25,327 nucleotides of DNA from Leidyana gryllorum EB-2025a. Its lineage: Eukaryota; Protista; Apicomplexa. Shown here piece after piece: positions 7,910-17,745 of the stretch. Under the pieces are notes generated by a model, which ran no database searches, was not told the origin of the DNA, and worked only from the letters and a program-made list of their open reading frames with translations. The position numbers and the translations under genes were made by a program. The stretch spans positions 1-25,327 of the forward strand of contig JBLWGC010000212.1 of assembly GCA_048772705.1 (NCBI GenBank). Direction: 5' to 3'. Each line of letters begins with the position of its first letter. The first letter of the stretch is position 1.

Positions 7910-8303
7910 AGTAGAGAGATGGTTTGAAAACTACTACTCAACCTATGTGCCAACTGGGTTTAATCTGGCGATGATTCCATACATGTAGTTTGGATGGGCT
8001 AGGGACCGATCCAAGTACCTTTTGTACGCTAAGCGACCGCTTAACCATCTGAGCTGGCCGCCCGCCGTGCCTACCCCATACCATTGGCTTCTACTTTACA
8101 TATTATGAACAGTCTCTTGATTGTAAAGCGGGTTTAAACACCGACCAGGCGGCTGTTTGATGTAGTGGTATAATTTTTCCTTCGTGTACAAGAACTCCTG
8201 AGTTCGATTCCTAGAACAGTCCCGTTGCTTGTCGGTTGGGCCGACGCTCCACCTCATCTCAAGATGGTACGGCTCTCGTCCGAAGCCTCAGCTCGGGAGC
8301 TTG

Positions 8304-8376
8304 TCCACTGTAGTCTAAGTGGCTAGGGTATGCGGCTCTTACCCGCACGATCCGGGTTCAAGTCCCGGCAGTGGAA
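8304..8376 (+). tRNA. tRNA-Glu scaffold with CTT (Lys) anticodon
   Basis: TGCGG-CTCTTAC-CCGCA; one further D-stem change. Confidence 0.75.
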
Positions 8377-8452
8377 GTCATTGGACCATTCGAGCAAAGT
8401 GCTGCAGTAACCTCCGTCAAGAGTGACTGACTCGTGATCTTTGGCTTGCATT

Positions 8453-8525
8453 GCCTTCTTAGTTTAGGGGCAGAGCATTCGCTTAATTAAGCGAAAGGTC
8501 GCCGGTTCGATTCCGGCAGAAGGCT
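8453..8525 (+). pseudogene. tRNA-Thr scaffold with 8-nt anticodon loop
   Basis: TTCGC-TTAATTAA-GCGAA. Confidence 0.75.
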
Positions 8526-8574
8526 TTGGTCACGACCCAATCAATTCTATAGCTGTTTCCCTCCTGCGCACACT

Positions 8575-8646
8575 TAGCAGTGCGTCGTTTCGATCGACGG
8601 ACCTTTGGGTTATGAGCCCAACACTCTTCCACTGAGCTACACTGCT
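8575..8646 (-). tRNA. trnMi-CAT: Initiator tRNA-Met(CAT)
   Basis: A1:T72, GGG/CCC anticodon stem, GATCGAAAC T-loop. Confidence 0.93.
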
Positions 8647-8782
8647 TAGTCTGCAACATTGAAGAGGGAGCAGGAATGCGATTCTTGAGATGTTATTTGC
8701 CTTGAGTGCCGCAGTCTGCTAACGAGCTGGCTGCGTTGGTTCTAGAAACTGCTTATCTCATCGGGTCAACCGACAACCAAGA

Positions 8783-8853
8783 GGGCTGTTCTGGGAATCG
8801 AACCAGGTCTCCTTCCACCCTAAGGAAAGATCATACCGCTAGACCAAACAGCC
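8783..8853 (-). pseudogene. Degenerate tRNA-Pro(AGG)
   Basis: Loop TTAGGGT; indels in the variable/T region. Confidence 0.7.
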
Positions 8854-9116
8854 GCCCGTCTGTCGTGCAACCCGCTGGGTACACTCGAGAAAGTGGTCAT
8901 ACTATGTGAAGTACCACTAAATGCGATGGGGTCTGCACAGCGGGAGGCTAGCCCAGATGATGAAACGGTGCTTAGTATACGAAAGGTTCCGGGATCGATT
9001 CTCAGCCCATCCGAACTACATAGATGGAACCCTCCCCAGAGTAGTCTAGTTGGCCTATCAACGCTGTCTGCCAAAACCATCAGGTTGAGTAGTACTCTGC
9101 CAATCAGCCCTCTACT

Positions 9117-9196
9117 TCCGGTGGGACGGAATCGAACCGCCGACTATCTGATGCCAGCACTACAGTCAGATGCTCTACCAACTGAGCTACCCCCGG
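9117..9196 (-). tRNA. trnY-GTA: tRNA-Tyr(GTA) with 7-nt intron
   Basis: Inverted copy of 7830-7909; intron TGCTGGC. Confidence 0.88.
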
Positions 9197-9514
9197 CCGT
9201 CCAACTGCTCCGGGGTTCAAAAGGCTTAACCCCAGATCCTCGCCCTTTCGGACTGCGGCCTGAACACAGCGCCTTAGACCACTCGGCCATCTTTGTCGCA
9301 GTCTTGTTGGTTCGTCGCTCCACGCGTTTTTGTCCGTGAGCCGAAATAGAAAGACTTCTGGGATTGGAGGCCGGCGTGTTCGGAGCGTTCGAGTCAGTAT
9401 AGTGGTTAGTGTCTCCGCCTGTCACGCGGAAGACCCGGGTTCGATTCCCGGTCTCGAAATGCAGGTGGTTTCGCTTGAGATTCTCTGCTTCGGTTCTCGC
9501 TGAAAGTTGCGAGC

Positions 9515-9586
9515 TACAACCACCGAGGATCGAAATCGGGACTTCTGCGTGCGAAGCAGACGTCGTAACCACTAGACCATTGCTGC
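9515..9586 (-). pseudogene. tRNA-Val scaffold with CGC anticodon
   Basis: Inverted copy of 7294-7365. Confidence 0.75.
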
Positions 9587-9647
9587 ACGATGGTCCCCGC
9601 AGCCCAAGACATGGCGAAGTTTCAGGGAGTAGTGAGGACCAGTTCCA

Positions 9648-9725
9648 AGGTCGCGCGGCGAATCGAACCCAGGTCGGGAGATTCAGAGTCTCCAGTGCTA
9701 ACCACTACACGACGCAGACGCAACC
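9648..9725 (-). pseudogene. tRNA-Gln(CTG) pseudogene with 6-nt duplication
   Basis: Inverted copy of 7160-7231 plus GACGCA duplication. Confidence 0.75.
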
Positions 9726-9906
9726 GGCTCAGCCCATTCCAGAAGAGTCTGTTCCTCAACTGGACACACGCAACACGGGTCTCTACTGACCTCTGAAATA
9801 TTTTAAGTGGCTCCTGTATAAAGCGCCCAGCGTAAGCGTTGGATTTGGGTGGGACAGAAAGCTCACTTAAATCCTTGAAGCAGTTGCGCTTTTTCTCAAA
9901 TGCAAC

Positions 9907-9988
9907 CGACAAGGGTGAGATTCGAACCAACGCGGGTGAAACCCACCGGCTTAGCAGGCCGCCGCCTTAACCACTCGGCCACCTTGCC
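9907..9988 (-). tRNA. trnS-GCT: tRNA-Ser(GCT), T-stem damaged
   Basis: Paralog of 1969-2050. Confidence 0.65.
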
Positions 9989-10082
9989 GAGAGTGGAACG
10001 GGCTACACATTCCATCGGGAATCCCGTGCGAATTAACTTCTCGAGAATCGCATTTCGGCTACCTCTTTCATAAGGCACATTG

Positions 10083-10154
10083 AGCAGTGTAGCTCAGTGG
10101 AAGAGTGTTGGGCTCATAACCCAAAGGTCCGTCGATCGAAACGACGCACTGCTA
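10083..10154 (+). tRNA. trnMi-CAT: Initiator tRNA-Met(CAT)
   Basis: Identical to 8575-8646, inverted. Confidence 0.93.
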
Positions 10155-10350
10155 AGTGTGCGCAGGAGGGAAACAGTTATAGAATTGATTGGGTCGTGAG
10201 CAAGCCTTCTGCCGGAATCGAACCGGCGACCTTAGGCTTACTAATCGAATGCTCTGCCCCTACGCTAAGAAGGCAATGTTAGCTGGAGATCACGAATCAG
10301 TCACTATTGACGGAGATCACTGGAGTAATTTGCTCGAGTACTTCAGTGAC

Positions 10351-10423
10351 TTCCACTGCCGGGACTTGAACCCGGATCGTGCGGGTGAAAGCCGCATATC
10401 CTAGCCACTTAGACTACAGTGGA
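10351..10423 (-). tRNA. trnE-TTC: tRNA-Glu(TTC)
   Basis: Full cloverleaf, loop CTTTCAC. Confidence 0.92.
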
Positions 10424-10641
10424 CGAGTCACAACAGTTGCACTGACGAATGAGGCGCCAGAGAACTGTGAGTCGATCTCAGGTGGGAAGTTCACCTAGGT
10501 TTGGCGAGTGGGCGGCTATCTCAAGTGGTAGAGCGGTGACTTGGCACGCGAGAGGTCAGTTTAGACACCCATCAATGCCGCAGGACAGGCTGAACATGGG
10601 GGCATTTGGTCACTCCTCGCGGCATGTCGAATTCGACAGTT

Positions 10642-10723
10642 GGCAACTTGCCCGAGCGGTTAAGGTGGTAGACTTGAAATCTACTGGGCCTGGCCCGCGC
10701 TGGTTCAAATCCAGCAGTTGTCG
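10642..10723 (+). tRNA. trnS-TGA: tRNA-Ser(TGA)
   Basis: GTAGA-CTTGAAA-TCTAC. Confidence 0.85.
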
Positions 10724-11245
10724 TTCGATGTGATTGGAGGGGCAGACAACAAGCCTGAAACCCGAGAATGGTGCCTCAATCAACCATCTGCCATCTTCTC
10801 TGCATCTGCGGGAATCGTTACACCTCGAGTCCTGAATACAGAACGAAGAGTCTAAACTACTCCAGGCCGTCCAACTTAGGCCGGTACATATGAACCAGGC
10901 TCATCGGATACGCGTTTCCAGAGACACACGCCCCTTCGGCAGTCCGGAAGCTCCGTGCAGCCATCTAGCGGTCACTACGTCTGCTTAACACGCAGAAGGT
11001 CCCGAGTTCAATCCTCGGTGGCTGTAACACGCATCGTTCAGGCAAGCATCACGGAATCTAGAGTGGAAGACTATCTATCTCCGAGACCGGGAATCGAACC
11101 CGGGTCTTCCGCGTGAGAGGCGGCCAAACTAACCACCATACTATCTCGGTGGCTCACAAACACACCGGCCTTCAACACCAAAAGTCCTCCCTTCTCGAGA
11201 CTTCACGAACAGAAAACGTGTAAAGTGGCGAGCCAAGAACCCTTC

Positions 11246-11325
11246 GGCAAGATGGCCGAGTGGTCTAAGGCGCTGTGTTAAGGCCGCAGTCCGAAAGGGC
11301 GTGGGTTCGAATCCCACTCTTGTCA
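11246..11325 (+). tRNA. trnL-AAG: tRNA-Leu(AAG)
   Basis: Same as 7584-7663 but loop TTAAGGC. Confidence 0.92.
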
Positions 11326-11385
11326 GCCGTTGTATCGGCACTCGGTCAGCCACTGGATGCAGAAGGTTTTCCATGTAGAGCGGAT

Positions 11386-11458
11386 GGGCGGCTAGCTCAG
11401 ATGGTAGAGCGCTCGCTTTGCATGCGAGAGGTACTAGGATCCATACCCAGGTCGTCCA
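11386..11458 (+). tRNA. trnA-TGC: tRNA-Ala(TGC), T arm damaged
   Basis: CTCGC-TTTGCAT-GCGAG; G3:T70. Confidence 0.65.
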
Positions 11459-11721
11459 AACTCAGTAGGGCGACCTGTCGGTAGTTAAATACGGAGTTGC
11501 GACCTCTAACAGAGCGTCGCATATCGCAGCTCCCGGCACCGCTAGGCTTCGAAACTGCGACTCTGTGGTAAACAGCTACACGCTTTGCCGACTGAGCTAC
11601 AAGACCCAGTTGCAATGTTCTTCCAAGCGAGGAAAAATCATACCTGCAGACCAAACAGCCCCCTGGTCGGAGCTTGTCAGCGTCTCTGTCAATCTGCCAC
11701 GGCTGTTTGAGGCGTGCCTCC

Positions 11722-11792
11722 TGCGTCTGCCGGGAATCGAACCTGGGTCGTCTCGGTGGCAACGACACATTCTACCACTAGACCACAGATGC
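11722..11792 (-). tRNA. trnG-GCC: tRNA-Gly(GCC), several substitutions
   Basis: Paralog of 952-1022. Confidence 0.6.
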
Positions 11793-11887
11793 ATGACTCG
11801 TTGTTGTTCAAGCTCGTGCACAATAACGGCCGTTTTGCTTCAAGTGAGGAGACAGGATCGAGTTGAGTGAGTATGAGGGGCAGTTCT

Positions 11888-11959
11888 GGGTACGTAGCTC
11901 AGTGGTAGAGCAGCTGACTGCAGATCAGCAAGTCCGTGGTTCAACTCCGCGCGTGCCCT
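11888..11959 (+). tRNA. trnC-GCA: tRNA-Cys(GCA), only copy seen
   Basis: GCTGA-CTGCAGA-TCAGC; U73. Confidence 0.92.
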
Positions 11960-12096
11960 GAAGATGGAATGAAACGTTCGAAGGTGTTGGCTCAGCCATA
12001 CCGTCATGTGATCGAGACAGGGCCTGCCTGGTTAGCTGAGGGGCAGAACCCTCGCACGGGCGCGAGGGATTTTGACACCAGATGCCACAACCTCTC

Positions 12097-12169
12097 TGCC
12101 TCGGCTGTGGATCGAGCACGGGACTTCCAGATCTTCAGTCTGGCGCTCTCCCAACTGAGCTACCGAGGC
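12097..12169 (-). tRNA. trnF-GAA: tRNA-Phe(GAA), T-arm variant
   Basis: Paralog of 4169-4241 with 2 T-arm changes. Confidence 0.7.
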
Positions 12170-12441
12170 GGTAGGTAGGCACGGGAGGCGGTGAAAATAA
12201 GCAATTATCGCGGCCGTATGTGGGGCCACTCTTCGCCGCATGCCGGAAGACAGTTGCCAACTTGCCCGAGTGGGGAGGGGGGTAGATTGGAATTCAACTG
12301 GGCCTGGGCCGCGCTGGTGCAGATCCAGCAGTTGTCGTGCGATGTGATTGGAGGGGTCACACGCCAACTCACGCATGAATTCTGTGGTGGAAATGATGCT
12401 ATTCCCAGCATCAAACCCTCATATGGATCGAGACAGAGAAT

Positions 12442-12513
12442 GCCTTCTTAGCTTAGGGGCAGAGCACTCGCTTAGTAAGCGAAAGGTCGCCGGTTCGATT
12501 CCGGCAGAAGGCT
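12442..12513 (+). tRNA. trnT-AGT: tRNA-Thr(AGT)
   Basis: One anticodon-stem mismatch. Confidence 0.82.
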
Positions 12514-12562
12514 GTGCTCGCGAGGCAATCGATTCTATAAATGTTCCCCTTCTGCGCACACT

Positions 12563-12633
12563 TAGCAGTGCGTCGTTTCGATCGACGGACCTTTGGATTA
12601 TGAGCCCAACACTTTTCACTGAGCTACACTCCT
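12563..12633 (-). pseudogene. Degenerate initiator tRNA-Met
   Basis: Paralog of 8575-8646 with D-loop deletion and acceptor changes. Confidence 0.75.
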
Positions 12634-12893
12634 CAGTCTGCAACATGGAAGTTGCCCTGACTGCCCTACCGAAGTGGGCTAATGAAATGCTGTGTTGGTT
12701 CTGAGGGCAACTTGTCCCGTCGGGTCAACCGACGACCATTAGGGCTGTTCTGCGAATCGAACCCAGGACGCTTCCACCCCAAGGAAGGATCCAGAGCAAT
12801 AGCCGAATACTTGGGTGCATGCAACCGGATATACAAATGGAGACTCGAATCCACTGTGGCCTTCTCCAGCCTACTTGCGGGGATGATGGCCGT

Positions 12894-12977
12894 TGCACAG
12901 AATGGGATTCGAACCCATGCAGACTTGCGCCTACCAGAACTTGAGTCTGGCCCCTTAGACCACTCGGGCATCTGTGC
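12894..12977 (-). tRNA. trnL-CAA: tRNA-Leu(CAA), no intron
   Basis: CCAGA-CTCAAGT-TCTGG, long variable arm. Confidence 0.92.
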
Positions 12978-13072
12978 GTTACTTTCCTTCTGAATTCCAG
13001 CGTGTGAACGGCTTCCGTTGCGACTGTCGATGTCGTTCTGGGTGCGGTGTACCGCCCCGAAGTACTCTTACG

Positions 13073-13152
13073 GCCCGGCGTGCTCAGATGGCAACGAATC
13101 TGTCTGTAGTGGTGACATCAGATATTCGACGAGTAAATTCCGTCCCACCGGA
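13073..13152 (+). pseudogene. Degenerate tRNA-Tyr retaining intron-length insert
   Basis: CTGTAG-TGGTGAC-ATCAGAT; inverted paralog at 23310-23390. Confidence 0.7.
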
Positions 13153-13398
13153 AGTTGATGAGTGGACTTCTTACAACGTAGTTCGTCTGACGCTCCTGTT
13201 CCATCCCATCCTAATCGATGCTTCGCTACCTCTACAGCCTCGCCCAAAGATTTGTCCCAGTCATCTAGTGGCTAGGACAACACGTTGATGGTCGTGCAAA
13301 CCCAGGCTCGATTCCTGGCTCGCCCAATATGTCTCCGGTGTCTCTAATGGAACTTTCTCTTGATGGCTACACACTTTCATTCGACGGCTCCGTTGATT

Positions 13399-13471
13399 GG
13401 CGCTATGGCCTAATGGATATGGCATCGGTCTACGGAACCTGGGATTCTGGGGTCGAGTCCCAGTAGCGTCT
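13399..13471 (+). tRNA. trnR-ACG: tRNA-Arg(ACG), T54G variant
   Basis: Paralog of 3374-3446. Confidence 0.7.
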
Positions 13472-13604
13472 GGGCGAGTGGTCGGGTTCCAGCCCCTCAC
13501 AATTGCTGCAACTCATTTTTTGTCTCAGCTGGGTGTCCTTGTTGTGGACAGCATCCCCGTGCACCCTTCTGACAGGAGGAGATACATCGAGAGAAGTTCC
13601 ATTA

Positions 13605-13677
13605 GGGAGTGTAGCGCAGTCGGTAGCGCGTAGGTCTCATAATCCTGAAGTCGAGAGTTCGATCCTCTCCACTCCCA
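13605..13677 (+). tRNA. trnM-CAT: tRNA-Met(CAT) elongator
   Basis: GGGAGTG/CACTCCC acceptor, TTCGA T-loop. Confidence 0.92.
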
Positions 13678-13721
13678 CGGTCGGAATCGAAACCGCCGAC
13701 AAACTCATCATGCTATCGTTT

Positions 13722-13792
13722 TGCATCTGTCGGGAATCGCACACAGGTTATCTCGATGGCAGCGAGCGACTCATCCACTAGACCACAGATGC
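13722..13792 (-). pseudogene. tRNA-Gly-derived pseudogene (family of 204-274)
   Basis: Same lesions and flanks. Confidence 0.8.
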
Positions 13793-13858
13793 AGAACACG
13801 ATCTTGTGAATCTTGCGCGTGGTGACAGCCATTCCTCTTAAACCTATCGATGCATCAA

Positions 13859-13930
13859 AGCCTTCTGCCGGAATCGAACCGGCGACTTGTCGCTGACGAA
13901 GCGAACGCTCCGCCCCTAAGCTGAGAAGGC
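13859..13930 (-). tRNA. trnT-CGT: tRNA-Thr(CGT), degenerate
   Basis: Loop TTCGTCA; stem mismatches. Confidence 0.6.
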
Positions 13931-14005
13931 AATGTAAGCCGGGTATGACGAAAAAGCGCTATCGACGGAGATTAGTGGAGCACTTTGCTCGAGTATTTAA
14001 ATGAC

Positions 14006-14078
14006 TTCCACTGCCGGGACTTGAACCCGGATCGTGCGGGTGAAAGCCGCATATCCTAGCCACTTAGACTACAGTGGA
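14006..14078 (-). tRNA. trnE-TTC: tRNA-Glu(TTC)
   Basis: Full cloverleaf. Confidence 0.92.
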
Positions 14079-14271
14079 CAACTTCTTCAGCTGCAGCTTT
14101 GGACGAAAGCCGTACCATCTCGAGATGAGATCTTTTTGCACTTACCCAGATTTGAAGCCGCCTCGTATCGAGCGCGGGTCGTCTCAATGGCACGGAAACA
14201 TTCGAGCCCTTGACCGCATTTATTTCCAGTCCCAATGGCTTCACTCACTCTTTTGAATCTTGGTCGTGAAT

Positions 14272-14343
14272 GGTTCCGTGTTGTAGTGGTTAGCACTGGA
14301 GACTTTGAATCTCCCGACCTGGGTTCGATTCCCGGCGCGACCT
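14272..14343 (+). tRNA. trnQ-TTG: tRNA-Gln(TTG), 2 substitutions
   Basis: GGAGA-CTTTGAA-TCTCC. Confidence 0.75.
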
Positions 14344-14407
14344 CGCAACTAGTCATCACTACGTATTGAAACTTCGCAACTTCTCTTGGTCTGCGGAAAG
14401 CTTTCAT

Positions 14408-14480
14408 GCAGCCATGGTCTAGTGGTTACGACGTCTGCTTAACACGCAGAAGGTCCCGAGTTCGATCCCCGGTGGCTGTA
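14408..14480 (+). tRNA. trnV-AAC: tRNA-Val(AAC)
   Basis: One T-stem mismatch versus 1605-1677. Confidence 0.82.
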
Positions 14481-14640
14481 GCTCGAACATGTGAAGTGAG
14501 CTCCACCCAAAGCGAGGTAACGTGCTGTCTTCGAGACAGGGCATCGAACCCGCGTCTTCCGCGTCTTCAACCCTAGAAGTCTTCCTTCTCGAGAACTTCA
14601 CAGACAAAAACCGCGTGGAGCGACGAACCAAAAAGACTGC

Positions 14641-14720
14641 GGCAAGATGGCCGAATGGTCTAAGGCGCTGTGTTCAGGCCGCAGTCCGAAAGGGCGTGGG
14701 TTCGAATCCCACTCTTGTCA
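14641..14720 (+). tRNA. trnL-CAG: tRNA-Leu(CAG)
   Basis: One D-loop change versus 7584-7663. Confidence 0.85.
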
Positions 14721-14986
14721 GGCGTTGTAGTCAGGACAACCTGCGACTTCATCCCAGCATGCCCCCACGATGCGCGCGGGACAGCCCGCCGTGCACGTGG
14801 CACCCGGCTAACTTTTGTCGATACAACTGCCACATGATTCTCCAGCTAAGTGGCCTTCTTAGCTTAGGGGCAGAGCGTTCGCTTAGCGAGAAGTCGGCGG
14901 TTCGATTCCGGCAGAAGGCTTTGATGCATCGATAAGCTTATGAGGAATGGCTGTCACCACGTACAAGATTCACCAAATCGTGTTCT

Positions 14987-15057
14987 GCATCTGGGGTCTA
15001 GTGGAAGAGTCGCTCGCTGCCATCGAGATAACCCGTGTGCGATTCCCGACAGATGCA
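14987..15057 (+). pseudogene. tRNA-Gly-derived pseudogene (family of 204-274)
   Basis: Inverted copy of the Met-Gly-Thr cassette. Confidence 0.8.
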
Positions 15058-15398
15058 GAATGATAGCATGATGAGTTTGTCGGCGGTTTCGATTCTGACC
15101 GTGGGAGTGGAGAGGATCGAACTCTCGACTTCAGGATTATCAGACCTACGCGCTACACTCCCCCTCCGACTTTCTCCGAGGAATCACCTGAACCCAGAAC
15201 CATGCTGCCAGGCAGGTTGGGTCAAGATACAACAAAGCGGGCTGTTCTGGGAATGGAACCTAGGACTTCTTCCACCCGACGGAAGTATCATACCACTACA
15301 CCAAACAGCCGCCTGTCGTTCGTGCAACCCGCTGAAGACAGTTTAAAAAGTGGTCATCCTATGTTGAGAACCAACAAATGCGATGGGGTCTGCACCAC

Positions 15399-15471
15399 GG
15401 GCGACTAGCTCAAATGGTAGAGCGCTCGCTTAGCATGCGCGAGGTACTGGGATCGATGCCCAGGTCGTCCA
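15399..15471 (+). tRNA. trnA-AGC: tRNA-Ala(AGC)
   Basis: Loop TTAGCAT; G3:T70; A54; one anticodon-stem mismatch. Confidence 0.8.
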
Positions 15472-15945
15472 AAGTACGTACGGCTGCACGTGGCCGCATT
15501 CAGACCCATCGCTACCATCTTTGAAGAGTCGCGAACCACAAGTGCCATTGGGAGAGCACCGCACTCAGTGTCTAGGGTGCATCTGAAGCCGGTTCTGTTG
15601 GGTTCCGGACCTCCAAGTTTGTCATCAAAAGCCACACGCTCTGCCGACTGAGCTACAAGACCTCTTACAATGTTTCTGAGCTTAGTGGAGAGACCCTCCA
15701 CTTTCTACTGCAACCCCTTTGTTGTAGGTTGACCCGACGGACCACGTCTTGTTAAGAGGGTACGGTTCTCATCCGAAACCTCAATTGGGGAACTTGTCCA
15801 CTGTAGTCTAAGTGAGTAGAATATGCGGCCCTCACCCGCACAATCCGGAGTCAAGTCCCGGCAGTGGAAGTCCTTGGACTACTCGAGCAAAGTGCTCCAA
15901 CAGTTTCCGTCAATAGGGACTGATGCGTGATCTCCAGCTAACATT

Positions 15946-16017
15946 GCCTTCTTAGCTTAGGGGCAGAGCATTCGCTTAGTAAGCGAAAGGTCACCGGTTC
16001 GATTCCGGCAGAAGGCT
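15946..16017 (+). tRNA. trnT-AGT: tRNA-Thr(AGT)
   Basis: One T-stem mismatch. Confidence 0.8.
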
Positions 16018-16377
16018 CACTGCATCGACTCGGCACCTGCAAGCTTATCGCAAACTCCAATCATCGTAGCTGAGCCTCGTAGCTCAGCCATCAGAGGGTA
16101 AGTCTTTTAGTCACGAAGTCGCAGGTTTGGAACCTGCCAGTAACTGAGGCACCCACAGGGGGCTGATTGGTCTAGTGGTATGATTATTCTTTCGGGTGGA
16201 AGAAGTCCTGTGTTGATTCCCAGAAGAGCCCGTCTGGTTTTTGTAGGCTCAACACGCCAAGACAACATTTGAGTCGTAAGTGCATGGATTTTCGCCAGAT
16301 TAACTCCAGTTGGCCCATCAACGCTGTTTGCCAAAACCCATCAGGTTGAGTAGTAGTTTGCAAACCACCTCTCTACT

Positions 16378-16457
16378 TCCGGTGAGACGGAATCTAACCG
16401 CCGACTATCTGATGCCAGTACTACGGTCAGATGCTCTACCAACTGAGCTACCCCCGG
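16378..16457 (-). pseudogene. tRNA-Tyr(GTA) with intron, T33C and T-loop mutations
   Basis: Paralog of 7830-7909. Confidence 0.75.
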
Positions 16458-17371
16458 CCGTCCAACTGCTGCGGGGTTCGACAGGCTCGACCTCAGATCC
16501 ACAACGGCGGCACTCTCAATCTCAGAAGTACCGCACGGATTCCAAGGTGCCAGACTCGAGTTCCGGTGAGATTGGACGACCCACTCGAGCGACCTGGGAG
16601 AGCTGTGGCATCCAGTGGCTGACCGACTGCCCATACAACGGCTGACAAGAGTAGATTCGAACTTACGCCCTTTCGGACTGCGGCCTTAGCACAGCGCCTT
16701 AGACCACTCGACCATCTCGCCGGAGTGTTTTTGCCTTGCCCTCTGAACATTTTTCATCCGTGGGATCTCGAGAATGGAAAGACTGTCGTGTTGAAGGCCG
16801 GAATTGGAGGCCGGCGCGTTGAGGAGCGTCCGAGATGGTAAAGTGGTTAGTAAGGGTTCGATGCCCTGTCTCGCTTTGGGTGGCGCTCACTTCACATATT
16901 CGAGCTACAGCCACCGAGGATCGAACTCGGGACCTTCTGCGTGTTAGACAGACATCGTGACCACTAGACCATGGCGGCAGCGAAGGTCCCGCAGACCAAG
17001 AGAAGTGGCGAGGTTTCACGAAGTGAGGACTAGTTTTGAGGTCGCACCGCAACCAGGTGTGCTCCGAGACCGGGAATCGACCCTGGTGTTCCGCGTGATA
17101 GGCGGAAATACTAACCGCCATACTGTCTCGAGAACCAAAGGAGAGAATCTTAAGCGAAACCACCTGTGCTCCGAGACCGGGAATCGAACCCGGGTCTTCC
17201 GCGTGTCAGGCGGAAATACTAACCACTAGGCTATCTCGGCCGCTCTAAATACGCCGGCCTCCAACTCCAAAAGTCTTTCCATTTTGTTGTGCAGACCCCA
17301 TCGCATTTGTTGGTTCTCAACATAGTATGCACTATCTCAACTGTACTCAGCGGGTTGCACGACCGACAGGC

Positions 17372-17443
17372 GGCTGTTTGGTCTAGTGGTATGATTCTTC
17401 CTTCGGGTGGAAGAAATCCTGGGTTCGATTCCCAGAACAGCCC
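17372..17443 (+). tRNA. trnP-CGG: tRNA-Pro(CGG)
   Basis: CTTCC-TTCGGGT-GGAAG. Confidence 0.88.
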
Positions 17444-17524
17444 CGTTGCTTGTCGGTTGACCCGACGCTCCATCTCATCTCAAGATGGTACGGCTTTCGT
17501 CCAAAGCTGCAGCTGAGGAAGTTG

Positions 17525-17597
17525 TCCACTGTAGTCTAAGTGGCTAGGATATGCGGCTCTCACCCGCACGATCCGGGTTCAAGTCCCGGCAGTGGAA
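17525..17597 (+). tRNA. trnE-CTC: tRNA-Glu(CTC)
   Basis: Full cloverleaf. Confidence 0.92.
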
Positions 17598-17673
17598 GTC
17601 ATTGGACCATTCGAGCAAAGTGCTCCAGTAACCTTCGTCAATAGTGACTGATTCGTGATCTTTGGCTTGCATT

Positions 17674-17745
17674 GCCTTCTTAGCTTAGGGGCAGAGCATT
17701 CGCTTAGTAAGCGAAAGGTCGCCGGTTCGATTCCGGCAGAAGGCT
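17674..17745 (+). tRNA. trnT-AGT: tRNA-Thr(AGT)
   Basis: Full cloverleaf. Confidence 0.92.
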
